Positions 1-11,205 of a DNA stretch of 20,000 bases are shown piece by piece (the first letter of the stretch is position 1; each line of letters starts with the position of its first letter). Position numbers and translations under genes: made by a program. Under the pieces are notes generated by a model. It saw only the letters and a program-made list of their open reading frames with translations. It made no database searches and was not told the origin of the DNA. This stretch comes from Malacoraja senta (taxonomy: Eukaryota): positions 246,013 to 266,012 of the forward strand of contig JAXLNO010000319.1 of the NCBI GenBank assembly GCA_038087875.1. Direction: 5' to 3'.

Positions 1-839
1 CCCTTACTTTACCTTATCATCCTTCTGTCCCATTACTATGTATCGCCTAATGAAAATGTCTTTCAGTTCCTCTACCCCCTTAGATCCTCTGTCCTCCAGT
101 ACATCTGGGAGATTGTTTGTGTCTTCCTTAGTGAAGACAGATCCGAAGTACCTATTGAACTCTTCTGTCATTTCCTTGTTGCCCATAATAATTTCACCCG
201 TGTCTGCCTTCAAGGGACCCTCATTAGACTTTGCTACACCATTTCCCTTGACATACCTAAAGCAGCTTTTACTGTCCTTCTTTATATTCCTGGCCAGCTT
301 CCCATCGTACTTACTCTTTTCAACTCGCATTGCTCGTTTTGTTTCCTTCTGTTGTCCTATGAAAGTTTCCCAATCCTCTGGGTTCCGGCTACACTTTGCT
401 GTGTTATACACCTTTTATTTTAGTTTTATTATTTCCCTAACTTCTCTTGTCAGCCACGGTTGCCTCCTACTCCATTTAGAATCTGTATTCCTTTTTGGAA
501 TGAAATGTCCTGCGTCTGCCGTATTATGCCCAGAAATTCCTGCCATTGCTGTTCCACCGTCATTCCTGCTAGTAACCCATTCCAGTCTAGCTTGGCCAGC
601 TCCTCTCTCATGCCTTCATCGACTCCTTTGTTCAACTGCGTCACTGGCACTTCCGATTTAACGTTCTCCTTCTAAAATTGCAGATTAAAACTAATCATAT
701 TATGATCACTACCTGCAAGCGGTTCCTTTATTTCGAAACCTCTTATCAAATCTGGTTCATTAGACAACACTAAAACTGGAATCGCATTTTCTCTGGTCGG
801 CTCCATTTTAAGCTGCTCCAAGTATCCATCTCGGAAGAT
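1..839 (-). mobile_element. CR1-clade LINE 'A', copy 1, segment 1 (ORF2 endonuclease-to-RT linker, degenerate; runs off window start)
   Basis: Minus ORFs 4..411 (KLARNIKKDSKSCFRYVK, FNRYFGSVFTKED) and 450..650 (MREELAKLDW, VEQQWQEF) are typical CR1 ORF2 linker sequence. Colinear with 15391-16219. Confidence 0.9.
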
Positions 840-2951
840 AACCATATAACCATATAACCATTACAGCACTGAAACAGGCCATCTCGGCCTTTCAAGTCGA
901 TGCCAAACACTTTTTTTCCCTCCTTTTTTCTCTTCTTTTCTTTTACTTCTTTCTTCTTTCATCCCTCTAGTCCCATCTACCTGCACTCAGACCATAACCC
1001 TCCATTCCTTTCCGGTCCATATACCCATCCAATCTATTTTTAAAGGATACAATCGAACCTGCCTCCACCACTTCCACTGGAAGCTCATTCCACACAGCTA
1101 CCACTCTCTGAGTAAAGAAGTTCCCCCTAATGTTACCCCTACATTTCTGTCCCTTAATTCTCAAGTCTTGTCCCCTTGTTTGAATCTTCCCTATTCTCAA
1201 TGGGAAAAGCTTATCTACGTCAACCCTTTCTAACCCGCTCATCATTTTAAAGACCTCTATCAAGTCTCCCCTTAACCTTCTGCGCTCCAAAGAATAAAGA
1301 CCTAACTTGTTCAACCTTTCTCTGTAACTTAGTTGCTGAAACCCAGGCAACATTCTAGTAAATCTCCTATATACTCTCTCTATTTTGTTGACATCCTTCC
1401 TATAATTAGGCGACCAAAATTGTACTCCATATTCCATAATTGGCCTCACCAATGCCTTGTACAATTTTAACTTTACATCCCAACTACTATATTCAATGCT
1501 CTGATTTATAAAGGCCAGCACACCAAAAGCTTTCTTTACCACCCTATCTACACGAGATTACACCTTTAGGGAACTACGCACAGTTATTCCTAGATCCCTC
1601 TGTTCAACTGCATTCCTCAATTCCCTACCATTTACCATGCACTTCCTATTTTGATTTGTCCTGCCAAGACGTAGCACTTCACATTTATCAGCATTAAACT
1701 CGATCTGCCATCTTTCAGCCCACTCTTCCAAATGGCCTAAATCTCTCTGTAGACTTTGAAAATCTACTTCATTATCCACAACACCACCTATCTTAGTATC
1801 ATCTGCATACTTACTAATCCAATTTTCCACACCATCATCCAGATCATTGATGTACATGACAAACAACAGTGGACCCAACACAGACCCCCTGAGGCACCCC
1901 ACTAGTCACCGGCTTCCAACCTGACAAACAGCCATCCACCATTACTCTCTGGCATCTCCCATTCAGCCACTGTTGAATCCATCTTGCCACTCAACCATTA
2001 ATACCCAACAATTGAATCTTCTTAACCTACCTTCCATGATGAACCTTGTCAAAGGCCATACTGAAGTCTATATAGACAACATCCACTGCTTTACCCTCAT
2101 CAATTTCCCTAGTAAACTCTTCGAAAAATTCAAGAAGATTAGTCAAACATGACCTTCCAGGCACAAATACATTTTAACTGTTCCTAATCTGACCCTGCCT
2201 AAACAGATGCTTATATATATTATCTCTAAGTATCCTTTCCATTAATTTGCCCACCACTGACATCAAACTAACAGGTCTATAATTGCTAGGTTTACTCTTA
2301 GAACCCTTTTTAAACAACGGAACAACATGCGAAGTACGCCAATCCTCCGGCACTATTCCCATTTCTAATGACATTTGAAATATTTCTGTTCCTAACATGC
2401 CCCTGCTATTTCTACACTAACTTCCCTCAATGTCCGAGGGAATATCCTGTCAGGACCTGGAGTCTTATCCGTTTTCATATTTTTCAAAAGTGTCCACACC
2501 TCCTCTTCTTTGAATCTCATAGTTTCCATTGCTACTCTGTTTGTTTCCCTTACCTCACATAATTCAATATCCTTCTCCTTGGTGAATACCGAAGAAAATA
2601 AATAGTTCAATCTCTCTCCATCTCTTTTGGCTCTGCAGATAGCTGTCCACTCTGACACTCTAATGGACCAATTTTATTCCTTGTTATCCTTTTGCTATTA
2701 ATATAGCTGTAGAAACCCTTTGGATTTACTTTCACCTTACTTTCCAAAGCAACCTCATATCTACTTTTAGCTTTTCTAATTTATTTCTTAATATTCTTTT
2801 TACATTCTTTATACTCCTCAAGCACCTCATTTACTCCATGCTGCCTATAATTATTGTAGATCTCTCTCTTTTTCCGAACCATGTGTCCAATTTCCCTTGA
2901 AAACCATGGCTCTTTCCAATTTTTACTATTTCCTTTCACCCGAACAGGGAC
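840..2951 (-). mobile_element. 5'-truncated CR1-clade LINE 'B' inserted into CR1-A
   Basis: 3' tail (CCATATAA)n at ~840-860 followed by AGGCCATCTCGGCCT stem-loop. RT motifs: NYRPVSL (ORF 2174..2398), GSVLGPLLF and YADD (1798-1809), C-terminal YSLERRRLRGDLIEVFK (ORF 967..1542). The host CR1-A reads through contiguously in the empty paralogue at 16211-16225. Confidence 0.92.
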
Positions 2952-3059
2952 GATCTCTACAAACTCTCTTTCTTGGGGTCCTGAAGCATCCTGATTTTCC
3001 CAGTCTGCCTGTATATTGAAAGTCCCCATCACCATAGTGGCATTACCTTTGTTACATGC
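2952..3059 (-). mobile_element. CR1-A copy 1, segment 2 (108 bp between the CR1-B and L1 insertions)
   Basis: GATCTCTACAAACTCTCTTTC...CATTACCTTTGTTACATGC matches 16217-16324 of copy 2. Confidence 0.92.
3045..3059 (+). repeat. Left target-site duplication of L1 (ACCTTTGTTACATGC)
   Basis: Identical 15-mer at 11191-11205, directly after the poly(A). Single copy at the empty site in copy 2 (16310-16324). Confidence 0.95.
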
Positions 3060-3245
3060 GGTGGCGCCATGTTGGACTAACAGACGTGCACCTAGCTCCT
3101 CTCCCGAAAAAATTCACGATTTATCGTGTTAAACGGGTCCAGAAATCGGAATTGTTTTTAAAAACCTTACCGGAGCTTCTGGTCGCCGCGCTGATGACGT
3201 CATCATTAAGCGCGATGTTTTAAACGGTGGTTTAAAGCCCTTTAA
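3060..3245 (+). promoter_or_regulatory. L1 5'UTR / putative internal promoter with palindromic CRE (TGATGACGTCATCA, 3192-3205)
   Basis: CpG-dense 186 bp between the TSD and the ORF1 ATG. Contains the canonical TGACGTCA CREB/ATF site. Promoter function is inferred from L1 biology. Confidence 0.6.
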
Positions 3246-4319
3246 ATGAGTAAACTGTCTCCAGCTGTGAGCCCTCAGAGATCAGTGAAAAAGCTGCTGA
3301 GAGACCAGAAGAAGCCTGAAGCAGAAGTTACCTCTGAAGTCTCTGAAGTCTCTGAAGTGGCTGCAGAAATGGATACAAGATATAAGAAAGAGTTTGATGA
3401 CTTGAAGAAATCAGTGAAAAATATGAAAGATTAGATTTTGGACGAAAATAAAATTATGATGGAAAATAATGGCAAAAATGATGGAAGGAATGGAGAAGAT
3501 GATGAGGGATTTAAATGCTGGTAATCAGAAGAATATGATTGATTCACTGGACATTATGAATAAACGAATTGATGAGGTGAAAGATGGACTTTCAGAGAGA
3601 ATGGACAAGATGGATGAAACTACTACGGACAAGTTCACGGCTGTGCTTGAAACAGTAGCTGCAAGTATGCGCACAATTACGGAATTGGAGAAAAACACGG
3701 CTCGAGTGGTTGAAGACATGGCGAAAATGAAGCAAGAACATGAGCAAATGAGGCGAGAAAATGAACAAACTTCACTACAGATGGTGACTCAACTCAGTAA
3801 AGTTTCAGAAAAATGCCTGGACCTGGAAGCTCGCTCTAGACGTCAGAATTTGAGAATTCTTGGAGTCTCAGAGGGAGCCGAGGTGGAGGATGTGCGTGAG
3901 TTTGCCATGGGCTTGCTTAAACTGCTGAATCTTTCCAAAGAACCGAAAATCGAAGTGGCTCATCGTGTCCCAAGATTTAAACAAAGATCTGGTGCGGGAA
4001 AAACTTATCCACGACATATTATTGTGAAATTTCGGGATATTTTAGAACTGGAAGATGTTATGAGCAAAATCAAATACGGTGTGCAACTGCGGCTGGACAA
4101 TGACACTATTAAGATATTCATGGACTACCCGTATGAAATTGTGCAAAAAAGAAACAAATTCGAGAAGGTTAAGGATCTTTTAAGAGGGAAAGAAGGGATC
4201 ATATATGGGATTTTTTACCTGCGAAAATGCGTATTTCCTTTAAGGGTTTTGAAAAGTCATTTGTTAAGCCTGAAGACGCGTTTAAATATAGAAATCAAAG
4301 GGGGGTTTGGCAGAGCTGA
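3246..4319 (+). pseudogene. L1 ORF1p (coiled coil + RRM + CTD), disrupted
   Basis: DLEARSRRQNLRILGVSEG, IEVAHRVP, PRHIIVKF and IKIFMDYPYEIVQKR are L1 ORF1 motifs. Lesions: stop at 3432-3434, frameshift near 3465, and frameshift near 4219 (restoring it gives Y(P)AKMRISFKGFEKSFVKPEDAFKY ending at TGA 4317-4319). Confidence 0.9.
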
Positions 4320-5126
4320 ACCATTCTAAGCAATGCTTTGTCTGGGGATAGTTAGACTGTTATCTTTGGAATGTTGAATCAAGGACACTTTCAGTTCAAA
4401 ACGAGTAAACAGCTGAACAGATGGGAATGGTATATACCAGAAGCATTTACTTGCTTATTAGATTATAATATTATAACCAATTGTAAGAACTTATCCTATT
4501 AACAACTTAATAAGTTATGCATGTTAGATTAGAATACTAACAAAAACAAAAATAAAAAATAACGAACTAACATACTAATATGAATTTTTAATAAATTGAA
4601 ACCTTATATATAAGTGGGTGGAGGGGATGAAAAACGAGCACCTGGCTTAGGCCCAGGGGCACGTCTCGGTAACCCCTTCAACCAACAGTTGATTCTTATT
4701 GAAGTCAAAAGTATCGGTTTAATAATTAGTAGTTAAAATTCCGATATATATATATGTTATAATGAAATATCCAGGTTAAAACTGTATTATATATCTGAAT
4801 GTGACGCCCCGTTTTAATATTTTAATATGTTATGATTAACCAAGAGAGCGGAGCTATTTGTGTAACAACGCAATGGAAGTCAAAACAAGGTTTTTTCCCA
4901 CCTACAGGTGGGACACTTGCTACAGTGCCAACTATATCAGACACTGTATTATCACTTTTTTAGTTTTTTTTTAAATCACATAAAATCACATGTTTGTGTT
5001 TTGTGTTTAGTCATAAGCGTAAAATTGACATACCAACAAAACTTAAAAACTCAAAAGTTCCCCCATTACCCAAAGACCTGGGATATGGATGCACCACAAG
5101 ATTTAAAGGTACTATAATTATTCAAA
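4320..5126 (+). other. L1 inter-ORF spacer (about 800 bp, AT-rich with isolated GC-rich hairpins)
   Basis: Lies between the ORF1 stop and the ORF2 ATG at 5127. No recognisable coding homology. Confidence 0.75.
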
Positions 5127-7886
5127 ATGCATGACACCAAACAAAAGAACCTAGGAGGAATCTCATTTTGTAGTTGGAATATAAGAGGTATTAACGAACC
5201 TATTAAAAGGGGTAAGATACTAGCTCAGCTGAAACTGTACAACTCCGACATTACCTTCCTACAAGAAACACACTTAAAATCTCAGGATCAAGTTAGGTTG
5301 AGGGCGAAATGGATAGGTCAAACATACCATTCTTCATTTACTTCAAAATCTAGAGGCACGTCAATCATTATAAGAAAAGGTATACCATTTAAAGCAAAGA
5401 ATATCATAACAGATATAGAAGGGAGATACCTAATAGTTAATGGAGAAATCCATGATACTCCACTTACCTTGGTAAATATATATGCCCCTAACTTTGATAA
5501 GCCCCACTTTTTCAATAAATTTTTCAACATAATTGCAGAGTCTAACTATCAAAATGTTATAATAGGAGGAGACTTTAACTGTGTTTTAGATCCGTACTTA
5601 GATAAATCAAGCCAAAACAGAGAGGGAATATGAAATCGAAAACCGGGGAACTTCTCAATACCTATATAAACAATACTAATATAGCAGATGTTTGGAGAAT
5701 TGTTATTCCAACTGGCAGGGAATACTCGTTTTATTCAATGGTACATAAGACATACTCACGTATAGACTACTTTCTGCTGGATACAAAATTAATCCCCCAA
5801 ACATCTAACGCAATATACCACACAAATTCGATTTCAGACCATTCTCCACTAACTTTCTTTTTAAAACTGGAAGGAATGTTTAAGAATAAATCGTTTTGGA
5901 GATTTAATTCTCAAATTCTAAAAGATCCACAAGCGAGTATATATTTAAAAGAACAAATGGAGGTCTTTTTTCAAATAAATGATACTCCAGGTATATCGCC
6001 TACTGTATTATGGGAATCTTTTAAAGCATACATTAGGGGTATTATAATTTCATATCAAGCTTTTCAAAATAAAAAGAATAAGAATGAACAAAGACAGTTA
6101 GAAGAACTTATTAGACAAATGGATATAGATAATGCTAAAGATCCATCAATAGATAAACATAATAAAATAATAATTTTGAAATTTAAATTAAATAAATTAT
6201 TATCTGCCAAACTAATAAGACTTTTTCAAATTACAAAACAAGAGCACTTTGAATTTGGGGATAAACCGCATAAACCTTTGGCTCGCCAGCTAAAATAACG
6301 AGAAAAGGAACATACTATACCAAAGATCAAATCAGATAAAGGGGAATTATTAACAACACCGAAGGATATTAATAAAAGATTTGCGCAATTTTATGAGAAT
6401 TTGTATACATCTAAAACGACAATTGATTCCAATAATATCACAACGTTTTTGGATAATTGTAATCTTCCAAAGTTAGAGCTGAAGGAACAAGAGGAATTGG
6501 TTGCACAAATCTCAATTAAGGAATCAGAAGATACAATAAACTCACTAAAGAATGGAAAAACACCAGGCCCTGATGGATTTACTAATGAATTTTATAAAAG
6601 CTTTTATGATAAAATAATACCAAGATTACAAAAAATGTACCAATATGTTTATAAAAAACGAATACTACCTGATACATTAGCGGAATCAACGATTACACTA
6701 ATACCTAAGAAAAACAAAGATTTAGAAGAACCTGGTTCATATAGAGCTATAGCATTGTTAAACACAGATCAAAAAATATTAGCGAAAACATTAGCTAGAA
6801 GATTAAGTAAATACATTAGTAAATTAATAAACCCAGATCAGACGGGGTTTATCCCTAAGAGATACTCTTCTAACAATATGAGACGTCTACTCAACATAAT
6901 GCACTCACACAAATCTGAAGATCAAGAATTATCAATATTTCGCTGGATGCTGAAAAAGCATTTGATCAAGTAGAATCGAATTATATGGATAAAGTATTAC
7001 AAAAATTCCAACTGGGGAGAATTTTATTCTATGGATCAAGTTACTATATAACAAACCTACAGCTAGAAAACTAACTATCAAGGGGAAATAGACAAGGATG
7101 CTCATTATCACCACAGCTGTTTGCTCTCATTATTGAACCGCTAGCAGAGAAAATTAGAAGACACCCTGATATCCATGGATATAATACTAAAGACTCATAT
7201 AATAAAATATCTTTATACGCGGATGATATATTACTGTACATTACAAAACCTCAAATCACTATACCAAATATATTAAATTTAATTGAAGACTTTGGATCTT
7301 TTTCTGGATATAGAATAAATTGGAATAAAAGTGAAATTATGTCAATAAAACCGAAAGATTCAACACACCTTTTAAAATTCCCTTTTAAAATAGCTACAGA
7401 AAAATTTAAATACTTGGGAATCGAAATTACCAGAACATATCAAGGTATGTTTAGGGCAAATTTTGACCCCCTACTTAATAAATTAAACACACTAATTAAA
7501 TTCTGGAAAACGCTCCCGATGTCTTTAATAGGCCCAATAAACGCAATAAAAATGATCTTTCTACCACAAATTTAATACCTATATACTTACCAAATAAGTT
7601 TTTTAAAAAACTCGACTCAGATATCAATAATTTTATATGGGACTATAAATCACATAGAATACAAAAAACTCATCTGAATAAACCTAAAGTATTAGGGGGT
7701 TTAGCACTACCTAACTTTATGTATTATTATTGGTCAGTAAATATTAAAAATATGATTCAACTGATGGATAACTCCGCCCAGCAAGTGGACTGGATTGTAA
7801 TGGAGAAAGAGGATTGCTCCTCTGGAAACATTAGAGCGATCCTCCTTTCTCCAATGAAATTGAATAACATAAATTATAATAAGAAC
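5127..7886 (+). pseudogene. L1 ORF2p, 5' part (APE endonuclease + reverse transcriptase), disrupted
   Basis: SWNIRG, FLQETH, NIYAPN, GGDFN, YSRIDY, SDHSP (APE); KTPGPDGF, YRAIALLNTDQKIL, DAEKAFD, RQGCSLSP, LYADD at 7216-7227 (RT). Frameshifts near 5620 and 6940, stop at 6296-6298, small deletions near 7080 and 7575. Confidence 0.95.
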
Positions 7887-9814
7887 ATAGATACATAGAT
7901 ACATAGAAAATAGGTGCAGGAGTAGGCCATTCGGCCCTTCGAGCCTGCACCGCCATTCAATATGATCATGGCTGATCATCCAACTCAGTATCCCGTACCT
8001 GCATTCTCTCCATACCCCCTGATCCCTTTAGCCACAAGGGCCACATCTAACTCCCTCTTAAATATAGCCAATGAACTGGCCTCAACTACCCTTTGTGGCA
8101 GAGAGTTCCAGAGCTTCACCACTCTCTGTGTGAAAAAGTTTTTCCTCATCTCGGTCTTAAAGGATTTCCCCCTTATCCTTAAGCTGTGACCCCTTGTCCT
8201 GGACTTCCCCAACATCGGGAACAATCTTCCTGCATCTAGCCTGGCCAACCCCATAAGAATTTTGTACGTTTCTATAAGATCCCCTCTCAATCTCCTAAAT
8301 TCTAGCGAGTATAAGCCAAGTCTATCCACTCTTTCTTCATATGAAAGTCCTGACATCCCAGGAATCAGTCTGGTGAACCTTCTCTGCACTCCCTCTATGG
8401 CTATAATGTCCTTCCTCAGATTTGGAGACCAAAACTGTACGAAATACTCCAGGTGTGGTCTCACCAAGACCCTGTACAACTGCAGTAGATCCTCCCTGCT
8501 CCTATACTCAAATCCTCTTGCTATGAAGGCCAACATACCATTCGCTTTCTTCACTGCCTGCTGCACCTGCATGCCTACTTTCAATGACTGGTGTACCATG
8601 ACACCCAGGTCTCGCTGCATCTCCCCATTTCCTAATCGGCCACCATTTAGATAATAGTCTGCCTTCCCGTTTTTGCCACCAAAGTGGATAACCTCACATT
8701 TATCCACATTATACTGCATCTGCCAAACATTTGCCCACCCACCCAGCCTATCCAAGTCACCTTGCAGTCTCCTAGCATCCTCCTCACAGCTAACACTGCC
8801 CCCCAGCTTAGTGTCATCCGCAAACTTGGAGATGTTGCTTTCAATTCCCTCGTCCAGATCATTAATATAAATTCTAAATAGCTGGGGTCCCAGCACTGAG
8901 CCTTGCGGTACCCCACTGCCTGCCATTGTGAAAAGGACCCGTTTACTCCTACTCTTTGCTTCCTGTTTGCCAGCCAGTTCTCTATCCACATCAATACTGA
9001 ACCCCCAATACCGTGTGATTTAAGTTTGTATGCTAATCTCTTATGTGGTACCTTGTCGAAAGCCTTCAGAAAGTCCAGATACAACACATGCACTGGTTCT
9101 CTCCTATCCACTCTACTAGTTACATCCACGAAAAATTCTATAAGATTCGTCAGACACGATTTACCTTTCGTAAATCCATGCTGACTTTGTCCAATGATTT
9201 CACCACTTTCCAAATGTGCTGTTATCCCATCTTTAATAACTGACTCTAGCAGTTTCCCCACTACCGATGTTAGACTAACTGGTCTGTAATTCCCCGTTTT
9301 CTCTCTCCCTCCCTTCTTAAAAAGTGGGGTTACGTTTGCTAGCATCCAATCCTCAGGAACTACTCCAGAATCTAAAGAGTTTTGAAAAATTATCACTAAT
9401 GCATCCACTATTTCTGGAGCTACTTCCTTAAATACTCTGGGATGCAGCCTATCTGGCCCTGGTGATTTATCGGCCTTTAATCCATTAAATTTACCCAACA
9501 CCACTTCCCGACTAACCTGGATTTCAAAGAAGGGTTTCGGCCCGAAACGTTACCTATTTCCTTCGCTCCATAGATGCTGCTGCACCCGCTGAGTTTCTCC
9601 AGCATTTTTGTGTACCCTGGATTTAACTCAGTTCCTCCATCTCCTTTGACCCGCGGCCCCCTGCTATTTCCGGCAGATTATTTATGTCTTCCTTAGTGAA
9701 GACGGAACCAAAGTAGTTATTCAATTGGCCGCCATATCCTTGTTCCCCATGATCAATTCACCTGTTTCTGACTGCAAGGGACCTACATTTGTTTTAACTA
9801 ATCTCTTTCTCTTC
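7887..9814 (-). mobile_element. 5'-truncated CR1-clade LINE 'C' nested in L1 ORF2, relatively intact
   Basis: 3' tail (CATAGATA)n at ~7886-7908 plus AGGCCATTCGGCCC stem-loop. ORFs 8647..9504 (KSPGPD, NYRPVSLTS, KAFDKVPH) and 7985..8989 (GVPQGSVLGP, FADD at 8813-8824) overlap with one frameshift near 8920. L1 ORF2 rejoins as AAG AAC|CCA ATT (KN|PI). Confidence 0.95.
9527..9615 (+). mobile_element. 89-bp TSD-flanked insert with a hammerhead-like core; likely a Penelope-like element pseudo-LTR fragment
   Basis: Flanked by CCTGGATTT(C/A)A at 9516-9526 and 9616-9626. Begins AAGA-A-GGGT-TTCG-GCCC-GAAAC-GTT. Family assignment is from recall, not a search. Confidence 0.7.
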
Positions 9815-10798
9815 CCAATTATTCATAGTACAATCCGAATTTGGAAACAAATAAAACAAAATTTCAAATTAAGAAATGTATCACCTTTATTACCTATAGT
9901 TAATAACCCTTCGTTTAATCCCTCTATTATAGATAAAGCTTTTACACATTGGGATAGACTAGGAATTAAAACGCTTGGTGACTTGTATGAAACTGGAAAA
10001 TTACTTTCATTTCAACAATTACAAATAAAATATAAACTCGGAAATAATCAATATTTTAAATATTTTCAAATATGCGACTATTTGAAAAAATATACAAAAG
10101 ATCATTATAATAACCCAGCAGATGTATTGGATGAGGGAATGCAGATAAAAGCTGAATCAGCAAACTTAATATCATATTTGTATAATATTATCTTATATGT
10201 ACAAATACCATCTACGGAGGGTATCAGAAGAGACTGGGAACAAGAGTTAGCTATTAAAATTTCAAAGGAAAGTTGGAATGAACACTTATTAAACGTGCAT
10301 GAATGTTCGATTAATGTAAGACACACTTTAATACAATTTAAAATTTTACATAGATTATATTATTCGAAAACTAAAATTCATAAAATTTTCCCAAATGTAT
10401 CATCTATTTGTGATAAATGTCAATCCCAAGAAGCTACTATAGCGCACTCATTCGTTTTCTGTACAAAAATTCAAAAATTTTGGAATGAAATTTTTGAAAT
10501 CTTTACAAAGTTATTTAAAATAAGACTGATACGCAAAGCAGAATGGATTATCTTCGGAATAACGGAAGATGGCCCAGAACTAAATGTGTTTCAAAAGAAA
10601 CTAATGGACTATGGGTTAATAACTGGAAAAAAGCTAATTCTAAAATTTTGGAAGAAGGCTCCAATACCAACTATAAATATGTGGACTTCAAATATGTTCG
10701 AAACATTACACCTAGAAGAGATAAGACTCCTCCTAGCAGGTAAACCAGATCACTTCCACCTGACGTTGTCTGCCTTTATAGAATTATTACAAATATAG
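9815..10798 (+). pseudogene. L1 ORF2p, 3' part with CCHC zinc knuckle
   Basis: Open frame PIIHSTIRIWKQIK...IQFKILHRLYYS...CDKCQSQEATIAHSFVFC (CX2CX8HX4C), ending at TAG 10796-10798. Confidence 0.93.
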
Positions 10799-11157
10799 GG
10801 TGCAAAAGTACTTTAAAAAAATTGAGGTCAGGTAAGGGGGGATGCTAGTTGAAGAGTTGGTATGTCCCATTTACCTAATGCTCATAAAAATATTTGTTTC
10901 TCTCTTTTTCCTCTTTCTCTTTCTCTTTCTTTTCTAGGGTCTATTTCTTAATTATTTTTCTTTTGTTTTTAATTTTGCTCTTATAGGGTCTTCGTCCTGT
11001 TTTGTTGTCACATTTTCTACACTTTCACTCTTTCCTTCACTTTCTTCTTTCTTTCAATCTTTTCTTTTTCTAGTGTAAAAAATAAATGGAGTACATTAAT
11101 TGTAAGGACATAAAGTGACGAGTACTAATGTATGTGGTTGTAATGTAATGTACTTCT

Positions 11158-11190
11158 AATAAATAAAAAAATAAAAAAAATTAAAAAAAA
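11158..11190 (+). terminator. L1 polyadenylation signal and poly(A) tail
   Basis: AATAAA at 11158-11163 and 11162-11167, followed by an A-rich tail up to the TSD. Confidence 0.88.
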
Positions 11191-11205
11191 ACCTTTGTTA
11201 CATGC
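11191..11205 (+). repeat. Right target-site duplication of L1 (ACCTTTGTTACATGC)
   Basis: Identical to 3045-3059. Confidence 0.95.

Larger units (their letters stand above)
3060..11190 (+). mobile_element. Full-length L1-clade LINE (about 6.2 kb without the nested CR1), inactivated
   Basis: Short CpG-rich 5'UTR, L1 ORF1, long spacer, APE-RT-CCHC ORF2, pyrimidine-rich 3'UTR, AATAAA, poly(A) tail and 15-bp TSD. Confidence 0.96.

Noticed and set aside
38..661. Plus-strand 207-aa ORF and its 218-aa paralogue at 15487..16143
   Set aside because: Antisense shadows of CR1 ORF2; their similarity reflects the duplication.
3191..3230. CTGATGA as a hammerhead core in the L1 5'UTR
   Set aside because: No stem II-GAAA follows; the motif is half of the CRE palindrome.
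4619..4680. Twister ribozyme or SECIS reading of the spacer hairpin
   Set aside because: By eye it lacks twister L1/pseudoknot residues and the SECIS GA-quartet spacing. Kept only as a generic structure.
9725..10798. 357-aa ORF as a stand-alone gene
   Set aside because: It is a chimera: 30 codons of antisense CR1-C (non-ATG start) fused in frame to the L1 ORF2 C-terminus.
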